This document shows positions 63,672 through 64,000 of a stretch of DNA of 64,000 nt, piece after piece. The DNA comes from Leptogorgia sarmentosa. Taxonomy: Eukaryota. The notes below the pieces were generated by a model. The model was not told where the DNA came from and searched no databases. It saw only the letters and a list, made by a program, of their open reading frames with translations. The position numbers were made by a program, and so were the translations under genes. The stretch covers positions 434,001 to 498,000 of the forward strand of contig OZ210886.1 in the NCBI GenBank assembly GCA_964658305.1. The letters are read 5' to 3'. Each line of letters opens with the position of its first letter. The first letter of the stretch is position 1.

Positions 63672-64000
63672 GATAGCAGTTAACACTTTTTCTCTTTTAA
63701 AACACTCGTCTTAGTTTAAAATTTGATTCGTTCCTACATGATACCATTAAATCTCTCAAGTTTTACGACTTTGCGTGTTCAAAAATATAACATCGTCGCA
63801 TTATCACAGCGAGTGGGCTGCTTCCACTTCTCTTGCCTCAACTTCCTCTCTTCTTGCGACTTCCCAAATTGCTAGTCTAATTTGGAAAGGTTTGAACAGT
63901 TTACAGTAAATAATACACTAAAAACAAATGTAAAACTTTAGAAACACATTTTTTTTCTAAAAATTGAAAACTTCAAATCACAAAACTGATTGTCATTCTG

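Overview
AT-rich, gene-dense, intron-containing animal genomic DNA. Gene content and repeat types suggest an invertebrate, plausibly an anthozoan cnidarian (inference only). Most entries in the six-frame ORF track are exon fragments or noise, so genes were reconstructed by hand from splice sites. In order: 3' end of an EGF-TM-NPxY receptor (+), cytoplasmic dynein intermediate chain (-), a 5.5 kb nested DNA-transposon insertion, a foldback repeat, two tandem NDUFA4-family genes (+), a CSPP1-like repeat protein (-), a large disordered protein (-), a small tyrosine-motif membrane protein (-), sorcin (+, with a U12 intron), two head-to-head BMI1/PCGF2-4-like genes, COMMD3 (-), CISD3 (+), SPAG6 (+, with a Helentron-like dimer in an intron) and an ARHGAP12/27-like gene (-). 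Most notable: (1) a 9-bp-TSD transposon that appears to have moved as a tandem dimer and carries a FAM60A/SINHCAF-like zinc finger; (2) a PCGF-COMMD3-CISD3-SPAG6 block that combines the neighbours of human BMI1 and PCGF2; (3) a LAT/TRAP-like adaptor; (4) an NDUFA4 paralogue pair in which only one copy sits in a cluster of HIF core motifs. All homology calls come from recalled sequences, not database searches.
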